In this document: positions 7,580-17,827 of the stretch, piece by piece
Layout: every line of letters begins with the position of its first letter
How positions within the stretch are numbered: position 1 is the first letter of the stretch
Assembly: GCA_900556455.1 (NCBI GenBank)
Contig: USOV01000001.1
Coordinates: forward strand, 1 to 50,625
Reading direction: 5' to 3'
Length of the DNA: 50,625 nucleotides
Source: an uncultured Clostridium sp.
GTDB lineage: Bacteria > Bacillota > Clostridia > TANB77 > CAG-508
Program-made: the position numbers and the translations under genes
Notes under the pieces: generated by a model
Databases searched by the model: none
What the model saw: the letters and a program-made list of their open reading frames with translations, nothing else
Told to the model about the DNA's origin: nothing

Positions 7580-9031
7580 ATGAATTTATACCAATTAACT
7601 GTTCATGAATTGATAGAAAAATTAGACAAAAAGGAAATAACACCAGAAGAAATCACTAAAAGTTATATAGATAGAATAAATGAAAAAGAAAAAGATGTAA
7701 AGGCATTTGTAACCTTAACAGATAAAGAAGCCTTAGAAAAATCAAAAACAATAGACAGAAGTACATCAAAATTTGCAGGAATTCCAATAGGAATAAAAGA
7801 CAATATATGCACAAAAGGAATTAAAACAACATGTAGCTCTAAAATGTTAGAAAATTTTGTATCTCCTTATGATGCAACAGTAATGGACAAAATAAATGCA
7901 GAAAATATGATTAGTTTAGGAAAACTAAATATGGACGAGTTTGCGATGGGAGCATCAACAGAATATTCTTGTTTTGGAACAACAAAAAATCCATGGGATT
8001 TAAAAACTGTGCCAGGAGGTTCATCAGGAGGAAGCGCAGCAGCAGTTGCAGCTAACATGGTACCTTGGGCACTTGGGTCAGATACAGGTGGTTCTGTACG
8101 TCAACCAGCTGCACTTTGTGGAGTTGTTGGGCTAAAACCTACATATGGATTAGTTTCAAGATATGGACTAGTTGCATTTGCATCATCATTAGACCAAATT
8201 GGACCTATCACAAAAGATGTTGAAGACTGTGCTAATCTTTTAAATATAATAGCAGGACATGACGAAAAGGATTCAACATCTGCAAGTACACCTAAAAAAG
8301 ATTATACTAAGAACTTAAAAGATGGGGTAAAAGGACTAAAAATAGGTATACCAAAAGAATTCTTTGGAGAAGGCATAAATGAAGAAGTAAGACAAAATCT
8401 ACAAAAAACAATTGAAATGTATAAACAAATGGGAGCAGAAGTAGAAGAATGTACATTAGACATAGCAGATGAAGCTTTAGCAGTATACTACATTATTGCA
8501 TGTGCAGAAGCAAGCTCAAACTTAGGAAGATTTGATGGAATAAGATATGGATATAGAACTCCGAATTTTGAAAACCTAAACGACATATTTGTAAATTCAA
8601 GAAGTGAAGGCTTTGGAGCAGAAGTAAAAAGAAGAATAATACTTGGAACATATGTATTATCATCTGGATATTATGATGCATATTACAAAAAAGCACAAAA
8701 AGTAAGAACATTTATAAAACAGGAATTTGAGAGATTATTCAAAGTTTATGATGTATTAATAACACCTACATCACCAACAGTAGCATATGAAATTGGAACA
8801 AGGTCAACAAACCCATTAGAAATGTATTTGGCAGACCTTTGCACAGTATCTGTAAATATTGCAGGACTTCCAGGAATATCAATACCATGTGGAGTAGACA
8901 AAAAAGGACTACCAATAGGAATGCAAATAATAGGAAAAAGTTTTGACGAAGAAACAATATTAAAAGCAGCATATGCAGCAGAACAAAAACTTGAATTTAG
9001 AAAATATCATAAGCCAAATTTTAAAGAATAA
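7580..9031 (+). CDS. gatA: Glutamyl-tRNA(Gln) amidotransferase subunit A.
   Basis: The amidase signature [13 protein letters not shown]...[25 protein letters not shown] is present. Confidence 0.95.
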   Translation: MNLYQLTVHELIEKLDKKEITPEEITKSYIDRINEKEKDVKAFVTLTDKEALEKSKTIDRSTSKFAGIPIGIKDNICTKGIKTTCSSKMLENFVSPYDATVMDKINAENMISLGKLNMDEFAMGASTEYSCFGTTKNPWDLKTVPGGSSGGSAAAVAANMVPWALGSDTGGSVRQPAALCGVVGLKPTYGLVSRYGLVAFASSLDQIGPITKDVEDCANLLNIIAGHDEKDSTSASTPKKDYTKNLKDGVKGLKIGIPKEFFGEGINEEVRQNLQKTIEMYKQMGAEVEECTLDIADEALAVYYIIACAEASSNLGRFDGIRYGYRTPNFENLNDIFVNSRSEGFGAEVKRRIILGTYVLSSGYYDAYYKKAQKVRTFIKQEFERLFKVYDVLITPTSPTVAYEIGTRSTNPLEMYLADLCTVSVNIAGLPGISIPCGVDKKGLPIGMQIIGKSFDEETILKAAYAAEQKLEFRKYHKPNFKE

Positions 9032-9053
9032 TATTACAAAAAGGAGAAAAATT

Positions 9054-10487
9054 ATGTCAAAAGAAGATTATGAAGCAATAATAGGGCTAGAAGTACATGC
9101 AGAACTTGCAACAAAAACAAAAATATTCTGCTCATGCCCAACTGACTTTGGCGGACAACCAAACACACATGTATGCCCAATATGTATGGCAATGCCAGGA
9201 GCCTTACCAGTATTAAACAAAAAAGTAGTAGAATATGCTGTAAAAGCAGGACTTGCAACAAACTGTGAAATTACACCTTTAAGCAAAAACGATAGAAAAA
9301 ATTATTTCTATCCAGATTTACCAAAATCATATCAAATTTCACAATTTGATAAACCTCTATGTGTAGGCGGAAACATAGAAATTGAGACAGAAGAAGGCAC
9401 AAAACAAATAGGGATTACAAGAATTCACATAGAAGAAGATGCAGGAAAATTAAACCATGACGACTATGGAAGAAATTCACTTGTAGACTTAAACAGAGCA
9501 GGGGTGCCATTAATTGAAATTGTATCAGAACCAGACTTAAGGTCAAGTAAAGAAGCAGATACTTACCTTAAAAAATTAAAATCTATTTTACAATATATAG
9601 AAGTATCAGATTGTAAAATGGAAGAAGGATCTTTTAGAGCAGACGTAAATGTTTCTGTACATAAAAAAGGGGAACCATTTGGAACAAGAACAGAAATGAA
9701 AAATATGAGCTCATTTAGGTCAATAACAAGAGCAATAGATTATGAAATACAAAGACAAATAGATGTAATTGAAAATGGTGGAAAAATAGACCAAGAAACA
9801 TTAAGATGGGATGAAGTATCTGGAAAAACATTTACAATGAGAAGCAAAGAAGATGCACAAGACTATAGATATTTCCCAGAACCAGACTTAGGAATAATAG
9901 AAATTTCTGATGAATGGAAAGAAGAAATAAGAAAAAGTTTACCAGAAATGCCAGAAGAAAGAAAAGTAAGATATATGGATGAATTCCAACTTCCAGAATA
10001 TGATAGCAATATAATAGTTTCTTCTAAATATTTATCAGACTTCTTTGAAGCGGCAACAAAAGTATGCAACAATCCAAAATCAGTAAGTAATTGGATAATG
10101 ACAGATATAATTAGAGTACAAAATGAAGAAGGACTAGAGCAAATGCCATTTACAGCTGAACAATTAGGGAAATTAATTATTTTAATAGATAAAGGAACAA
10201 TAAGCAGTAGCATTGCAAAAAAAGTATTCGAAGAATTATTAGAAAATCCACGTGATCCAGAAGAAATAATAAAAGAAAAAGGCTGGATACAAATATCTGA
10301 TGAAGGAGCAATAAAAGAAGTAGTTCAAAAAATATTAGAAGCAAATCCAGGTTCAATTGCAGACTACAAAGCAGGGAAAGACAGAGCATTAGGATTCTTG
10401 GTAGGACAAGCAATGAAAGAAACAAAAGGAAAAGCAAATCCACAATTATTAAACAAATTATTTTTAGAAGAATTGAAAAAAGTGTAG
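9054..10487 (+). CDS. gatB: Asp-tRNA(Asn)/Glu-tRNA(Gln) amidotransferase subunit B.
   Basis: MSKEDYEAIIGLEVHAELATKTKIFCSC...HIEEDAGK matches GatB. An AAGGAG RBS at 9041-9046 precedes the ATG at 9054. The track start at 8973 would overlap gatA. Confidence 0.95.
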   Translation: MSKEDYEAIIGLEVHAELATKTKIFCSCPTDFGGQPNTHVCPICMAMPGALPVLNKKVVEYAVKAGLATNCEITPLSKNDRKNYFYPDLPKSYQISQFDKPLCVGGNIEIETEEGTKQIGITRIHIEEDAGKLNHDDYGRNSLVDLNRAGVPLIEIVSEPDLRSSKEADTYLKKLKSILQYIEVSDCKMEEGSFRADVNVSVHKKGEPFGTRTEMKNMSSFRSITRAIDYEIQRQIDVIENGGKIDQETLRWDEVSGKTFTMRSKEDAQDYRYFPEPDLGIIEISDEWKEEIRKSLPEMPEERKVRYMDEFQLPEYDSNIIVSSKYLSDFFEAATKVCNNPKSVSNWIMTDIIRVQNEEGLEQMPFTAEQLGKLIILIDKGTISSSIAKKVFEELLENPRDPEEIIKEKGWIQISDEGAIKEVVQKILEANPGSIADYKAGKDRALGFLVGQAMKETKGKANPQLLNKLFLEELKKV

Positions 10488-10504
10488 TTTACTTTTATAT
10501 TCCA

Positions 10505-10546
10505 AAAGCCATAGGTACAATATATTGTATCTATGGCTTTATCTTA
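10505..10546 (+). terminator. Rho-independent terminator after gatB.
   Basis: The hairpin AAAGCCATAGGTACA-ATATAT-TGTATCTATGGCTTT is followed by a T-rich tail. Confidence 0.75.
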
Positions 10547-10565
10547 TTTAAAACAGACTTACAAA

Positions 10566-10806
10566 TTACAATTTTAGTTTATTAATTGCAAACCCACATA
10601 TAAAAAAAGCCACAAGGCAAGTTAAACTCAATTTAAATAAAAGTAAGCCACACAAATAGGCAACATGTGAAATTGGATATGTACTATATAAAGCAAGAAT
10701 ATAAACTGATAGTAAAGCAATCAATAAAGAAAATTTAAAACCGTTTAAACATGACTATAACAATTTTTTTATCTATATTTTTTACATCATCAAAAAAATT
10801 TTTCAT
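10566..10806 (-). pseudogene. Small (~80 aa) membrane protein that is absent from the ORF track. It is readable only with a +1 shift at an in-frame CGG (plus-strand 10741-10743).
   Basis: On the minus strand, GGAGGT is followed by the ATG at 10806. The sequence reads MKNFFDDVKNIDKKIVIVMFK, then CGG TTT TAA in frame 0. After skipping the C it continues GFKFSLLIALLSVYILALYSTYPISHVAYLCGLLLFKLSLTCLVAFFICGFAINKLKL*. The length is 241 nt, which is 3n+1. Confidence 0.55.
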
Positions 10807-10904
10807 CTTTTGTAATACCTCCTATATAAAATAGTAACATATTTTTATACATAAAATCAAAGGTAATTTTAGGCAGAAGAATAATTCACCACAATACAAT
10901 TTGT

Positions 10905-10940
10905 ATATAAAAAAATAAAAGCCAGTGAATAATCACTGGC
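10905..10940 (-). terminator. Rho-independent terminator of rpsT.
   Basis: The hairpin GCCAGTGA-ATAA-TCACTGGC (10921-10940) is followed by a T-run on the minus strand. Confidence 0.8.
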
Positions 10941-10953
10941 TAATATTAATACT

Positions 10954-11220
10954 TTAAGCACCTAATGTGTTTAACTTTTTAGCTATATTAGATTTTTTTC
11001 TAGAAGCAGTATTTGCTTTAATAACACCTTTTGAACAAGCTGTATCAATTTTTTGAGTTGCAACTTTTAAAAGTTCTTCAGCTTTTTCTTTATTACCTTC
11101 TGTAACAGCAGCTTCAAATTTTCTAACAGCTGTTTTATATTCAGATTTAATCATATTATTTTGCAATGTTTTTTTCTCAATAACACTAACTCTTTTTATT
11201 GCTGATTTAATGTTTGGCAT
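10954..11220 (-). CDS. rpsT: 30S ribosomal protein S20.
   Basis: MPNIKSAIKRVSVIEKKTLQNNMIKSEYKTAVRKFEAAV... is a typical S20 sequence. A GGAGGTG RBS is present. Confidence 0.95.
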   Translation of the reverse strand: MPNIKSAIKRVSVIEKKTLQNNMIKSEYKTAVRKFEAAVTEGNKEKAEELLKVATQKIDTACSKGVIKANTASRKKSNIAKKLNTLGA

Positions 11221-11308
11221 TTTTGCACCTCCCTAAAGTAAAATAAATAATCACTTTTTCCATTTTAACATACACCGCAGGAATTTGCAAGTAAAAATGT
11301 AAAAAAAC

Positions 11309-11337
11309 TTTACAATTTTAGGTAATTTCTATATAAT
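11309..11337 (+). promoter_or_regulatory. Sigma-A type promoter (TTTACA-17-TATAAT) upstream of the HD-domain gene.
   Basis: TTTACA lies at 11309-11314, followed by a 17-nt spacer and TATAAT at 11332-11337. Confidence 0.5.
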
Positions 11338-11355
11338 AGTAAAAGAGGCGATAAA

Positions 11356-12522
11356 ATGAACGAAATTTTATTAAAAGCGAAAGAAAACATGCTATTAAAA
11401 GAAAAAAATTTATCAGAATATGCATGTAAATCTGAAAATGGAATATGGCTAAAAGAAGATGAAGAAGATATTAGACCAATATTCTTTAGAGATATAGATA
11501 GAATAATACATTCATCAGGATATGCAAGATACATAGATAAAACACAAGTATATTCATTTGTGCAAAATGACCATATAACAAGAAGGGTTTTACATGTTCA
11601 GTTAGTATCAAAGATTGCAAGAACAATAGGTAGAAGCCTTAGACTAAATGAAGATTTAATAGAAGCAATGGCACTAGGGCATGATATAGGGCACACTCCA
11701 TTTGGACATAAAGGAGAAAGTATACTAAATGAAATATGTAAAGAGGAAAACATAGGGGCATTTTGTCATAATGCACAAAGTGTAAGAGAATTACAAACAA
11801 TGGAAGGGCTAAATATAAGCCTTCAAACCTTAGATGGTATACTTGCACATAATGGAGAAATTTTAATAAATCAATATACATATAATCCACAAAAAACTAG
11901 AGAAGAATTTGAAGAAGAACTAAAAAGAACTTTCCAAACAGATAATTATAGTAAACAAATAAGACCAATGACATTAGAAGGATGTGTAGTAAGGTTATCA
12001 GACGTAATTGCATACATTGGTAGAGATATAGAAGATGCAATAAAAGTAGGAGTAATAACAAGAGAAGACATCCCAAAAGAAATAACTAAAATACTAGGAG
12101 ACACAAACTCTAATATTGTAGATACATTAATAAAAGACGTAATTATAAACAGTTATGATAAACCATATTTAATGTTCTCAGAAGAAGTATTCGAGAAATT
12201 AATAAAACTAAAAGACTGGAACTATAGAACAATATATGAATCAGACATGGCAAATAAAAATTATGAGAAAATTGATAAATTATTTAAACCTTTATATAAT
12301 AAATATTTAGAAAAACTACAAAACGGAGAATATAAAACCTTAGAGGGAGAAGATTTCTCAGAGAAAAACTTATATGAATTTATAAGGGAAATGAATGAAA
12401 ATGAAGACTTTAACATAAAAAGGGCAGTTATAGATTATATTGCAGGGCAAACAGATAAATTTTTCTTAAATGAATGTAAAAAATATTTAGGACTTGAAAA
12501 CGTAGAAAAATTATATAATTAA
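11356..12522 (+). CDS. dGTP triphosphohydrolase-like HD-domain protein.
   Basis: FFRDIDRIIHSSGYARYIDKTQV...RRVLHVQLVSKIAR...LGHDIGHTPFGHKGE carries the HD phosphohydrolase motifs of the Dgt family. Confidence 0.8.
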   Translation: MNEILLKAKENMLLKEKNLSEYACKSENGIWLKEDEEDIRPIFFRDIDRIIHSSGYARYIDKTQVYSFVQNDHITRRVLHVQLVSKIARTIGRSLRLNEDLIEAMALGHDIGHTPFGHKGESILNEICKEENIGAFCHNAQSVRELQTMEGLNISLQTLDGILAHNGEILINQYTYNPQKTREEFEEELKRTFQTDNYSKQIRPMTLEGCVVRLSDVIAYIGRDIEDAIKVGVITREDIPKEITKILGDTNSNIVDTLIKDVIINSYDKPYLMFSEEVFEKLIKLKDWNYRTIYESDMANKNYEKIDKLFKPLYNKYLEKLQNGEYKTLEGEDFSEKNLYEFIREMNENEDFNIKRAVIDYIAGQTDKFFLNECKKYLGLENVEKLYN

Positions 12523-12588
12523 AAAATTACATAAATTATTCCAAAATGGAATATACTACTAGAAATTGTAATTTGGAGTGAATAATTT

Positions 12589-12825
12589 ATGGAAAAGATT
12601 GATTTAGAATTAATAAAAAGTGTAATAAAAACAAAAAGAGAATTAGAAATTGCAAACCAAAACTTTAATATAGCAGAAGGTGAACTTATAGACTACTATT
12701 CATATCAAATAAAAGCAAACAAATCAAAACTTAGCTATTTAATGAAACAAGCAAAAGAACAAGGATATGAATTAGATATGATAAATGAACTAAGAATAAA
12801 AACACAAGAAAAAGAAGTAATTTAA
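12589..12825 (+). CDS. yaaL: YaaL-like protein (DUF2508).
   Basis: The 78-aa protein (ELIDYYSYQIKANKSKLSYLMKQAKEQG) lies immediately upstream of bofA, as in Bacillus. Confidence 0.6.
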   Translation: MEKIDLELIKSVIKTKRELEIANQNFNIAEGELIDYYSYQIKANKSKLSYLMKQAKEQGYELDMINELRIKTQEKEVI

Positions 12826-12880
12826 AGTAATAATTATTGTAAACAAACATACAAATATAAAGGACAGGTTTATAAAATAC

Positions 12881-12906
12881 AGAAGCGGCGATTAAGGTCC
12901 GCTTCT
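12881..12906 (+). terminator. GC-rich hairpin between yaaL and bofA. It is a possible terminator or processing site, with no clear T-run.
   Basis: The arms AGAAGCGG and CCGCTTCT are separated by a 10-nt loop. Confidence 0.3.
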
Positions 12907-12945
12907 ATATGAAGATTAGAAACGATAGAAAAAAGGAGAGATTTT

Positions 12946-13209
12946 ATGGAATTAACAAACATATTAATAGTAATAGGATGCGCATTAGCAATTTTAATAA
13001 TAGGAAAAATATTTTTATTCCCAATAAAGAAAATATTAAAATTAGTGCTTAACACAGTGATAGGCGGAGTAATAATATACATAATAAACATAATAGGAGC
13101 AAACTTTGGATTTCATATAGGTTTAAATGTAATAACATCATTTGTAGTAGGAATTTTGGGGATACCAGGAGCAATACTTTTAATAATTTTACAATTTATA
13201 ATGGGATAA
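12946..13209 (+). CDS. bofA: Pro-sigma-K processing inhibitor BofA.
   Basis: This 87-aa membrane protein ends ...GFHIGLNVITSFVVGILGIPGAILLIILQFIMG, resembling the B. subtilis BofA C-terminus. Confidence 0.85.
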   Translation: MELTNILIVIGCALAILIIGKIFLFPIKKILKLVLNTVIGGVIIYIINIIGANFGFHIGLNVITSFVVGILGIPGAILLIILQFIMG

Positions 13210-13240
13210 GGCAAAAACTTCACATTTTGTAAAAAAATAT

Positions 13241-13269
13241 TTGCCAAATAGCGATTATGGGAGTATAAT
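13241..13269 (+). promoter_or_regulatory. Sigma-A type promoter (TTGCCA-17-TATAAT) upstream of hpt.
   Basis: TTGCCA lies at 13241-13246, followed by a 17-nt spacer and TATAAT at 13264-13269. Confidence 0.55.
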
Positions 13270-13309
13270 ATAAAATGTAGTTATATTTCAAATAAAGGGG
13301 TAATAAAAT

Positions 13310-13828
13310 ATGGAAGAGCTAAAAGTATTAATCGATGAGAAAACATTACAAGAAAGAATCAGTGAACTTGCAGAAGAAATTATGAAAGATTACGAAGGAA
13401 AAGACATAACATTTATATGCATTTTAAAAGGATCAGCTTTATTTACAGTTGACCTTGCAAAAAAAATAAAAAATAATGTACGTTTAGAATTTATAAGAGT
13501 TTCAAGTTATGGAAATAGTACAGTAAGCTCAGGAACAGTAACAATGAAACTAGATTTACAAGACAGCATAGAAGGAAGAGATGTAATTGTAATTGAAGAT
13601 ATCATCGATACAGGTAGAACTTTATCATATTTAAGAGATTATCTAAAAGATAAAAAACCAGGTAGCTTAAAAATTTGTACTTTGTTGGACAAAAAAGAAA
13701 GAAGACAGTTTGATATTGAACCAGATTATACAGCATTTCAAATACCAGATAAATTTGTTGTAGGATATGGTTTAGACGATAAAGAAGACTATAGAAATCT
13801 TCCATATGTAGGATATTTTGATGTTTAA
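13310..13828 (+). CDS. hpt: Hypoxanthine phosphoribosyltransferase.
   Basis: The PRPP-binding motif VIVIEDIIDTGRTL and the segment KFVVGYGLDDKEDYRNLPYVG are present. Confidence 0.95.
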   Translation: MEELKVLIDEKTLQERISELAEEIMKDYEGKDITFICILKGSALFTVDLAKKIKNNVRLEFIRVSSYGNSTVSSGTVTMKLDLQDSIEGRDVIVIEDIIDTGRTLSYLRDYLKDKKPGSLKICTLLDKKERRQFDIEPDYTAFQIPDKFVVGYGLDDKEDYRNLPYVGYFDV

Positions 13829-15608
13829 TATAAAAGAAGAATTAAAAAAACTCCCAGATAAACCGGGAGTTTATATAATGAAAGACAAAAATGATACTAT
13901 TTTGTATGTTGGAAAAGCAGTAGTGTTAAAAAATAGAGTAAAACAGTACTTTATGAAAAACAATAAAACTGCAAGAATAGAAAAAATGGTATCATTAATT
14001 GACCATTTTGAATATATAGTGACTGATAGCGAAGCAGAAGCACTAATTTTAGAATGCAATTTAATAAAGAAAAATATGCCTAAATTTAATGTTTTATTAA
14101 AAGATGATAAAACATACCCATATATAAAAATAGATGTAAAATCAGACTTCCCAAATGTATTTTTAACAAGAACCTTGAAAAATGACGGCGCAAAATATTT
14201 TGGACCATATGCAAATCCAGGTGCAGCAAAAGAAATGCTTAAGTTTATAAAAGAAAGATTTCAAATAAGACAATGCAAAAATTTTAAATCTAGAACAAGA
14301 GCATGTATTAATTATGATATTAAAAGATGTTTAGCACCTTGTGTAAATAAAGTCTCAAAAGAAGAATATAAGAAACAAATAAATCAAATTATAATGCTTT
14401 TAGAAGGAAAAACAGACGATATTATAAAAGAATTGGATAGAGAAATGAAAGAATTTTCACAAAAACAAGAATATGAAAAAGCAGCAATTGTAAGAGATAA
14501 AAAACAAGCAATTGAAAGAATTTCAATTAAGCAGAAAGTATCGAATATAAATGAAAATTCAATAGATGTAATAGGAATTTATAAAAATGATTTATCTGTA
14601 TGTGTAGAAATATTTTTTGTAAGAAACAGTAAAATGATTGGTAGAGAACATTATTTCTTAGATAATATGCAAGATGAAGAAATAAAAGTTATACTTTCAG
14701 ATTTTATAAAACAATATTACTTAGAAAAAATTGATTTACCAAATAAAATAATGATGCAAGAAAAAATAGATGATGATGAAATAATTGAAAAATTACTTTC
14801 AGAAAAGGCAAATAAAAAAGTAGAATTTAAAGTACCTCAAAAGGGAGAAAAACTTAAATTCGTAGAAATGGCAATTAATAATGCAAAAATAACATTAGAA
14901 AATAAGAACAAAGAAAAAGAAAGCATTATTTTAGGTTTAAAAGAAGTATTAAACCTAAAAAATTTACCTAGAAGAATAGAAACATTTGATATTTCAAATT
15001 TCTCTGGAGATTATATTGTAGCAGGAATGTGTGTTGCAATAGATGGTGTTATAAAGAAAAATTTATCTAAAAGATTTAAAATAAAAACTGTATATACCCA
15101 AAATGATGTGGCATGCACAGAAGAAGTTGTGACAAGAAGATTAAAACATTCTATAGAAAATCCAAAAGGAACATTTGGAAACTTACCAGACTTAATTTTG
15201 GCAGATGGTGGAATAACACAAATAAGAGCAATAAAAAAGGCAATTGCTAAATACAATTTGGAAATTCCCGTATTTGGTATGGTAAAAGACGACAAACATA
15301 ATACAAAAATGTTAATAGATGAAAACAGAAAGCAAATACCATTAGAAAAAATTTTAATGTTTTTTATAACGAACTTTCAAACCGAAGTACATAACACTGC
15401 AATAGAATATAATAAAAAGCTAATGAATAAAGATATAGCAAAATCAAGTTTAGATAAAATAAAAGGAATAGGACCAAAGAAAAAACAAAAATTATTGAAA
15501 AAATTTGGAAGCGTAGAAGGAATAAAAAAGGCGAGTATAGAAGAACTTTTAGAAATAAAAGGAATAAACATAGAATTAGCACGAGAGATTAAAAAAAAAT
15601 TAGAATAA
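13821..15608 (+). CDS. uvrC: Excinuclease ABC subunit C.
   Basis: The GIY-YIG N-terminus (PGVYIMKDKNDTILYVGKAVVLKNRVKQY), a UVR domain and a C-terminal HhH (IKGIGPKKKQKLLKKFGS) are present. The ATG at 13821 lies 3 nt after the TTG used by the track. Confidence 0.95.
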   Translation: MFNIKEELKKLPDKPGVYIMKDKNDTILYVGKAVVLKNRVKQYFMKNNKTARIEKMVSLIDHFEYIVTDSEAEALILECNLIKKNMPKFNVLLKDDKTYPYIKIDVKSDFPNVFLTRTLKNDGAKYFGPYANPGAAKEMLKFIKERFQIRQCKNFKSRTRACINYDIKRCLAPCVNKVSKEEYKKQINQIIMLLEGKTDDIIKELDREMKEFSQKQEYEKAAIVRDKKQAIERISIKQKVSNINENSIDVIGIYKNDLSVCVEIFFVRNSKMIGREHYFLDNMQDEEIKVILSDFIKQYYLEKIDLPNKIMMQEKIDDDEIIEKLLSEKANKKVEFKVPQKGEKLKFVEMAINNAKITLENKNKEKESIILGLKEVLNLKNLPRRIETFDISNFSGDYIVAGMCVAIDGVIKKNLSKRFKIKTVYTQNDVACTEEVVTRRLKHSIENPKGTFGNLPDLILADGGITQIRAIKKAIAKYNLEIPVFGMVKDDKHNTKMLIDENRKQIPLEKILMFFITNFQTEVHNTAIEYNKKLMNKDIAKSSLDKIKGIGPKKKQKLLKKFGSVEGIKKASIEELLEIKGINIELAREIKKKLE

Positions 15609-15675
15609 TCCCGACCAAAACTTAGCATATTTATTATCCACTCGAATAAATTAATTACATAGGAGAGTGAATAAT

Positions 15676-15876
15676 ATGATGGAAATAACAAAAGAGGGGA
15701 TAAATTATGGGAATATTGTGGACAACCACTACAAAAAACGTGCAAAAAGTGGATTTATAAAAAGAATTTATAATGAAAGCAAAATATTAACGTATTTATT
15801 AGGAGCATTTTTTATATTTGCAATTGCAAATGCAACATTAATATATAGTTTCTTAAAAATATTAATTAAATTGTAA
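15676..15876 (+). CDS. Small hypothetical membrane protein.
   Basis: AGGAGAG at 15661-15667 precedes the ATG at 15676. There is a single C-terminal TM helix (ILTYLLGAFFIFAIANATLIYSFL). I recognise no family. Confidence 0.4.
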   Translation: MMEITKEGINYGNIVDNHYKKRAKSGFIKRIYNESKILTYLLGAFFIFAIANATLIYSFLKILIKL

Positions 15877-15895
15877 TTTACAAAAAGGAGAAAAA

Positions 15896-16762
15896 ATGAA
15901 CATAGCAAATAATTGGAAAGAATACGAAATACTAGACATGGCAAATGGAGAAAAATTAGAAAGATGGGGAGAATATAAACTAATAAGGCCTGACCCACAA
16001 ATAATATGGAAAGAAAAAAGCTTTCCAGAAAAATGGAACAAAGTAAATGCAAGATATAATAGAAGCAAAACAGGTGGAGGAAACTGGGACTTTAAAACAA
16101 AACTCCCAGCAGCGTGGAAAGTTAAATATAAAAATCTAACATTCAATATAAAACCTATGGGATTTAAACATACAGGGCTTTTCCCAGAACAAGCTGTAAA
16201 CTGGGACTGGATGATAGATAAAATAGAAAATGCAAAAAAACCAATAAAGGTTTTAAACTTATTTGCATATACAGGTGGAGCAACAGTTGCATGCCTTTCA
16301 GCAGGAGCTTCTGTGTGCCATGTAGATAGTTCTAAGGGTATGGTTTCTTGGGCAAAAGAAAATGTAGTATCTTCTGGACTAGAGAAAGCGCAAGTTCGCT
16401 ACATAGTAGATGATGTTATTAAATTTGTACAAAGAGAAATAAGAAGAGGAAATAAGTACGATGCCATAATAATGGATCCACCTTCATATGGAAGAGGAAC
16501 ATCAGGGGAGGTATGGCAGTTCGAAAATAATATTTCAGATCTTGTAAAACTTTGCACACAAGTGTTAAGTGATACACCATTATTCTTCCTAATAAATTCA
16601 TATACAACAGGAATTTCAGCAGAAGTATTAAGCAATATTTTAAAAATAAGTTTAAAACAATATCAGGGTAAAATAACAGCAGGAGAAATAGGGCTACCAA
16701 TGAAAAACTCTAACCTAATACTTCCATGTGGAATATATGGAAAATGGGAAAAAGTTATGTAA
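15896..16762 (+). CDS. Class I SAM-dependent methyltransferase (RlmI/RlmK-like catalytic domain).
   Basis: VLNLFAYTGGATVA (motif I) and IIMDPPSYGR (motif IV, DPPxY) are present. An AAGGAG RBS is present. Confidence 0.75.
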   Translation: MNIANNWKEYEILDMANGEKLERWGEYKLIRPDPQIIWKEKSFPEKWNKVNARYNRSKTGGGNWDFKTKLPAAWKVKYKNLTFNIKPMGFKHTGLFPEQAVNWDWMIDKIENAKKPIKVLNLFAYTGGATVACLSAGASVCHVDSSKGMVSWAKENVVSSGLEKAQVRYIVDDVIKFVQREIRRGNKYDAIIMDPPSYGRGTSGEVWQFENNISDLVKLCTQVLSDTPLFFLINSYTTGISAEVLSNILKISLKQYQGKITAGEIGLPMKNSNLILPCGIYGKWEKVM

Positions 16763-16774
16763 ATTTTACGAAAC

Positions 16775-16827
16775 TAAAAAAACATATATGAAATTTTAAA
16801 ATAAAATTTTCATATATGTTTTTTTGC
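16775..16827 (+). terminator. Rho-independent terminator after the methyltransferase gene.
   Basis: A long AT-rich hairpin, AAAAAACATATATGAAATTTT...AAAATTTTCATATATGTTTTTTT, is present. Confidence 0.75.
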
Positions 16828-16901
16828 TTTTCATATAATTTTTGAAAAATTTGTAAAAAAACAGGTAAAATCACCTTGTAAGAAACAAAGAGGTGATTTT
16901 T

Positions 16902-17537
16902 TTGATAGAGAAAATATGTAACGCCTTAACAAAAAGAATAAGAAAAGAAATGCCAGAAGTAGATGACGAAAGAGCAGAAGTAATTAACTATGGCTTGCAA
17001 CTTGTAATAGGAGAAATTCCAAAAACTATTATATTAATAATAATTGCGTGGCTTTTAGGAGTACTTAAATTAACAATATTAGCAGTATTATTAATATTAC
17101 CCTATAGAACAGTTTCTGGAGGGGTTCATTTAAGAACTCATATAGGGTGTATTGTAGCAACAACAATAATGTATACAGGAAATGCTTTCCTCAGCCAATA
17201 TTTAGTATGGAATGGCAATTTAATAAAATATATAACAGCATTATTAATATGGGCATTTAGCATGGTAATGATAAAAAAATATGCTCCAGCAGACACACAA
17301 GATGTGCCAATTTTAAGAAAAAAAGAAAGGAAAATAAAACAAATATTCTCATATATAATAATGACAATAACATTAGCAATAGGCTTAATTATAAGGAATA
17401 ATACTATATCAAATTTATTAATAATAGGAACATTATTACAGACAATAACAATCACAAAACTCATGTACAAATTAACCAAAAACAAATATGGATATTTAGA
17501 ATATATAAAAGCAGAAAATATTGAAACAACAAATTAA
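16902..17537 (+). CDS. agrB: Accessory gene regulator protein B (AgrB), the AgrD-processing membrane peptidase.
   Basis: This polytopic membrane protein carries LPYRTVSGGVHLRTHIGC (AgrB His/Cys region). It lies directly upstream of an AgrD-like peptide gene. The start is TTG 16902 or GTG 16893. Confidence 0.85.
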   Translation: MIEKICNALTKRIRKEMPEVDDERAEVINYGLQLVIGEIPKTIILIIIAWLLGVLKLTILAVLLILPYRTVSGGVHLRTHIGCIVATTIMYTGNAFLSQYLVWNGNLIKYITALLIWAFSMVMIKKYAPADTQDVPILRKKERKIKQIFSYIIMTITLAIGLIIRNNTISNLLIIGTLLQTITITKLMYKLTKNKYGYLEYIKAENIETTN

Positions 17538-17594
17538 ACATGCTACATAAAAAAATACACATAAATAAATGTAGAAATAAAGGAGGTAATTTGT

Positions 17595-17714
17595 ATGGTA
17601 AAATTGTTAGCAAAAATCGCAGAAAAATATGCAAAATCAACAAATACTGCATGCATGGTATGGGTAGTTTTGCACCAACCAAAAATGCCAGCATCTTTAG
17701 TAAAAAAAGATTAA
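17595..17714 (+). CDS. agrD: AgrD-like autoinducing peptide precursor (39 aa), absent from the ORF track.
   Basis: AGGAGG at 17581-17586 precedes the ATG at 17595. The product is MVKLLAKIAEKYAKSTNTACMVWVVLHQPKMPASLVKKD*. It has an amphipathic leader, a single Cys, and the HQPKxP recognition tail seen in clostridial AgrD. Confidence 0.8.
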   Translation: MVKLLAKIAEKYAKSTNTACMVWVVLHQPKMPASLVKKD

Positions 17715-17754
17715 TTTAGCAAAAAGGAATTTTAAGAGAATTTAAAATTTAAGA

Positions 17755-17806
17755 AACACCTTAAAATGCGGTATAAAAATTACATTTTAAGGTGTTTTGC
17801 TGTTTT
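17755..17806. terminator. Bidirectional terminator between agrBD and the convergent kinase gene.
   Basis: AACACCTTAAAATG-N14-CATTTTAAGGTGTT is followed by TTGCTGTTTT. Confidence 0.75.
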
Positions 17807-17827
17807 ATATTCGGAGCTAGAAATCTT

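Noticed and set aside
8973-9053. The N-terminal extension of gatB suggested by the ORF track (start at 8973).
   Set aside because: The extension overlaps the 3' end of gatA and has no RBS. AAGGAG plus the ATG at 9054 gives the conserved GatB N-terminus (MSKEDYEAIIGLEVH).
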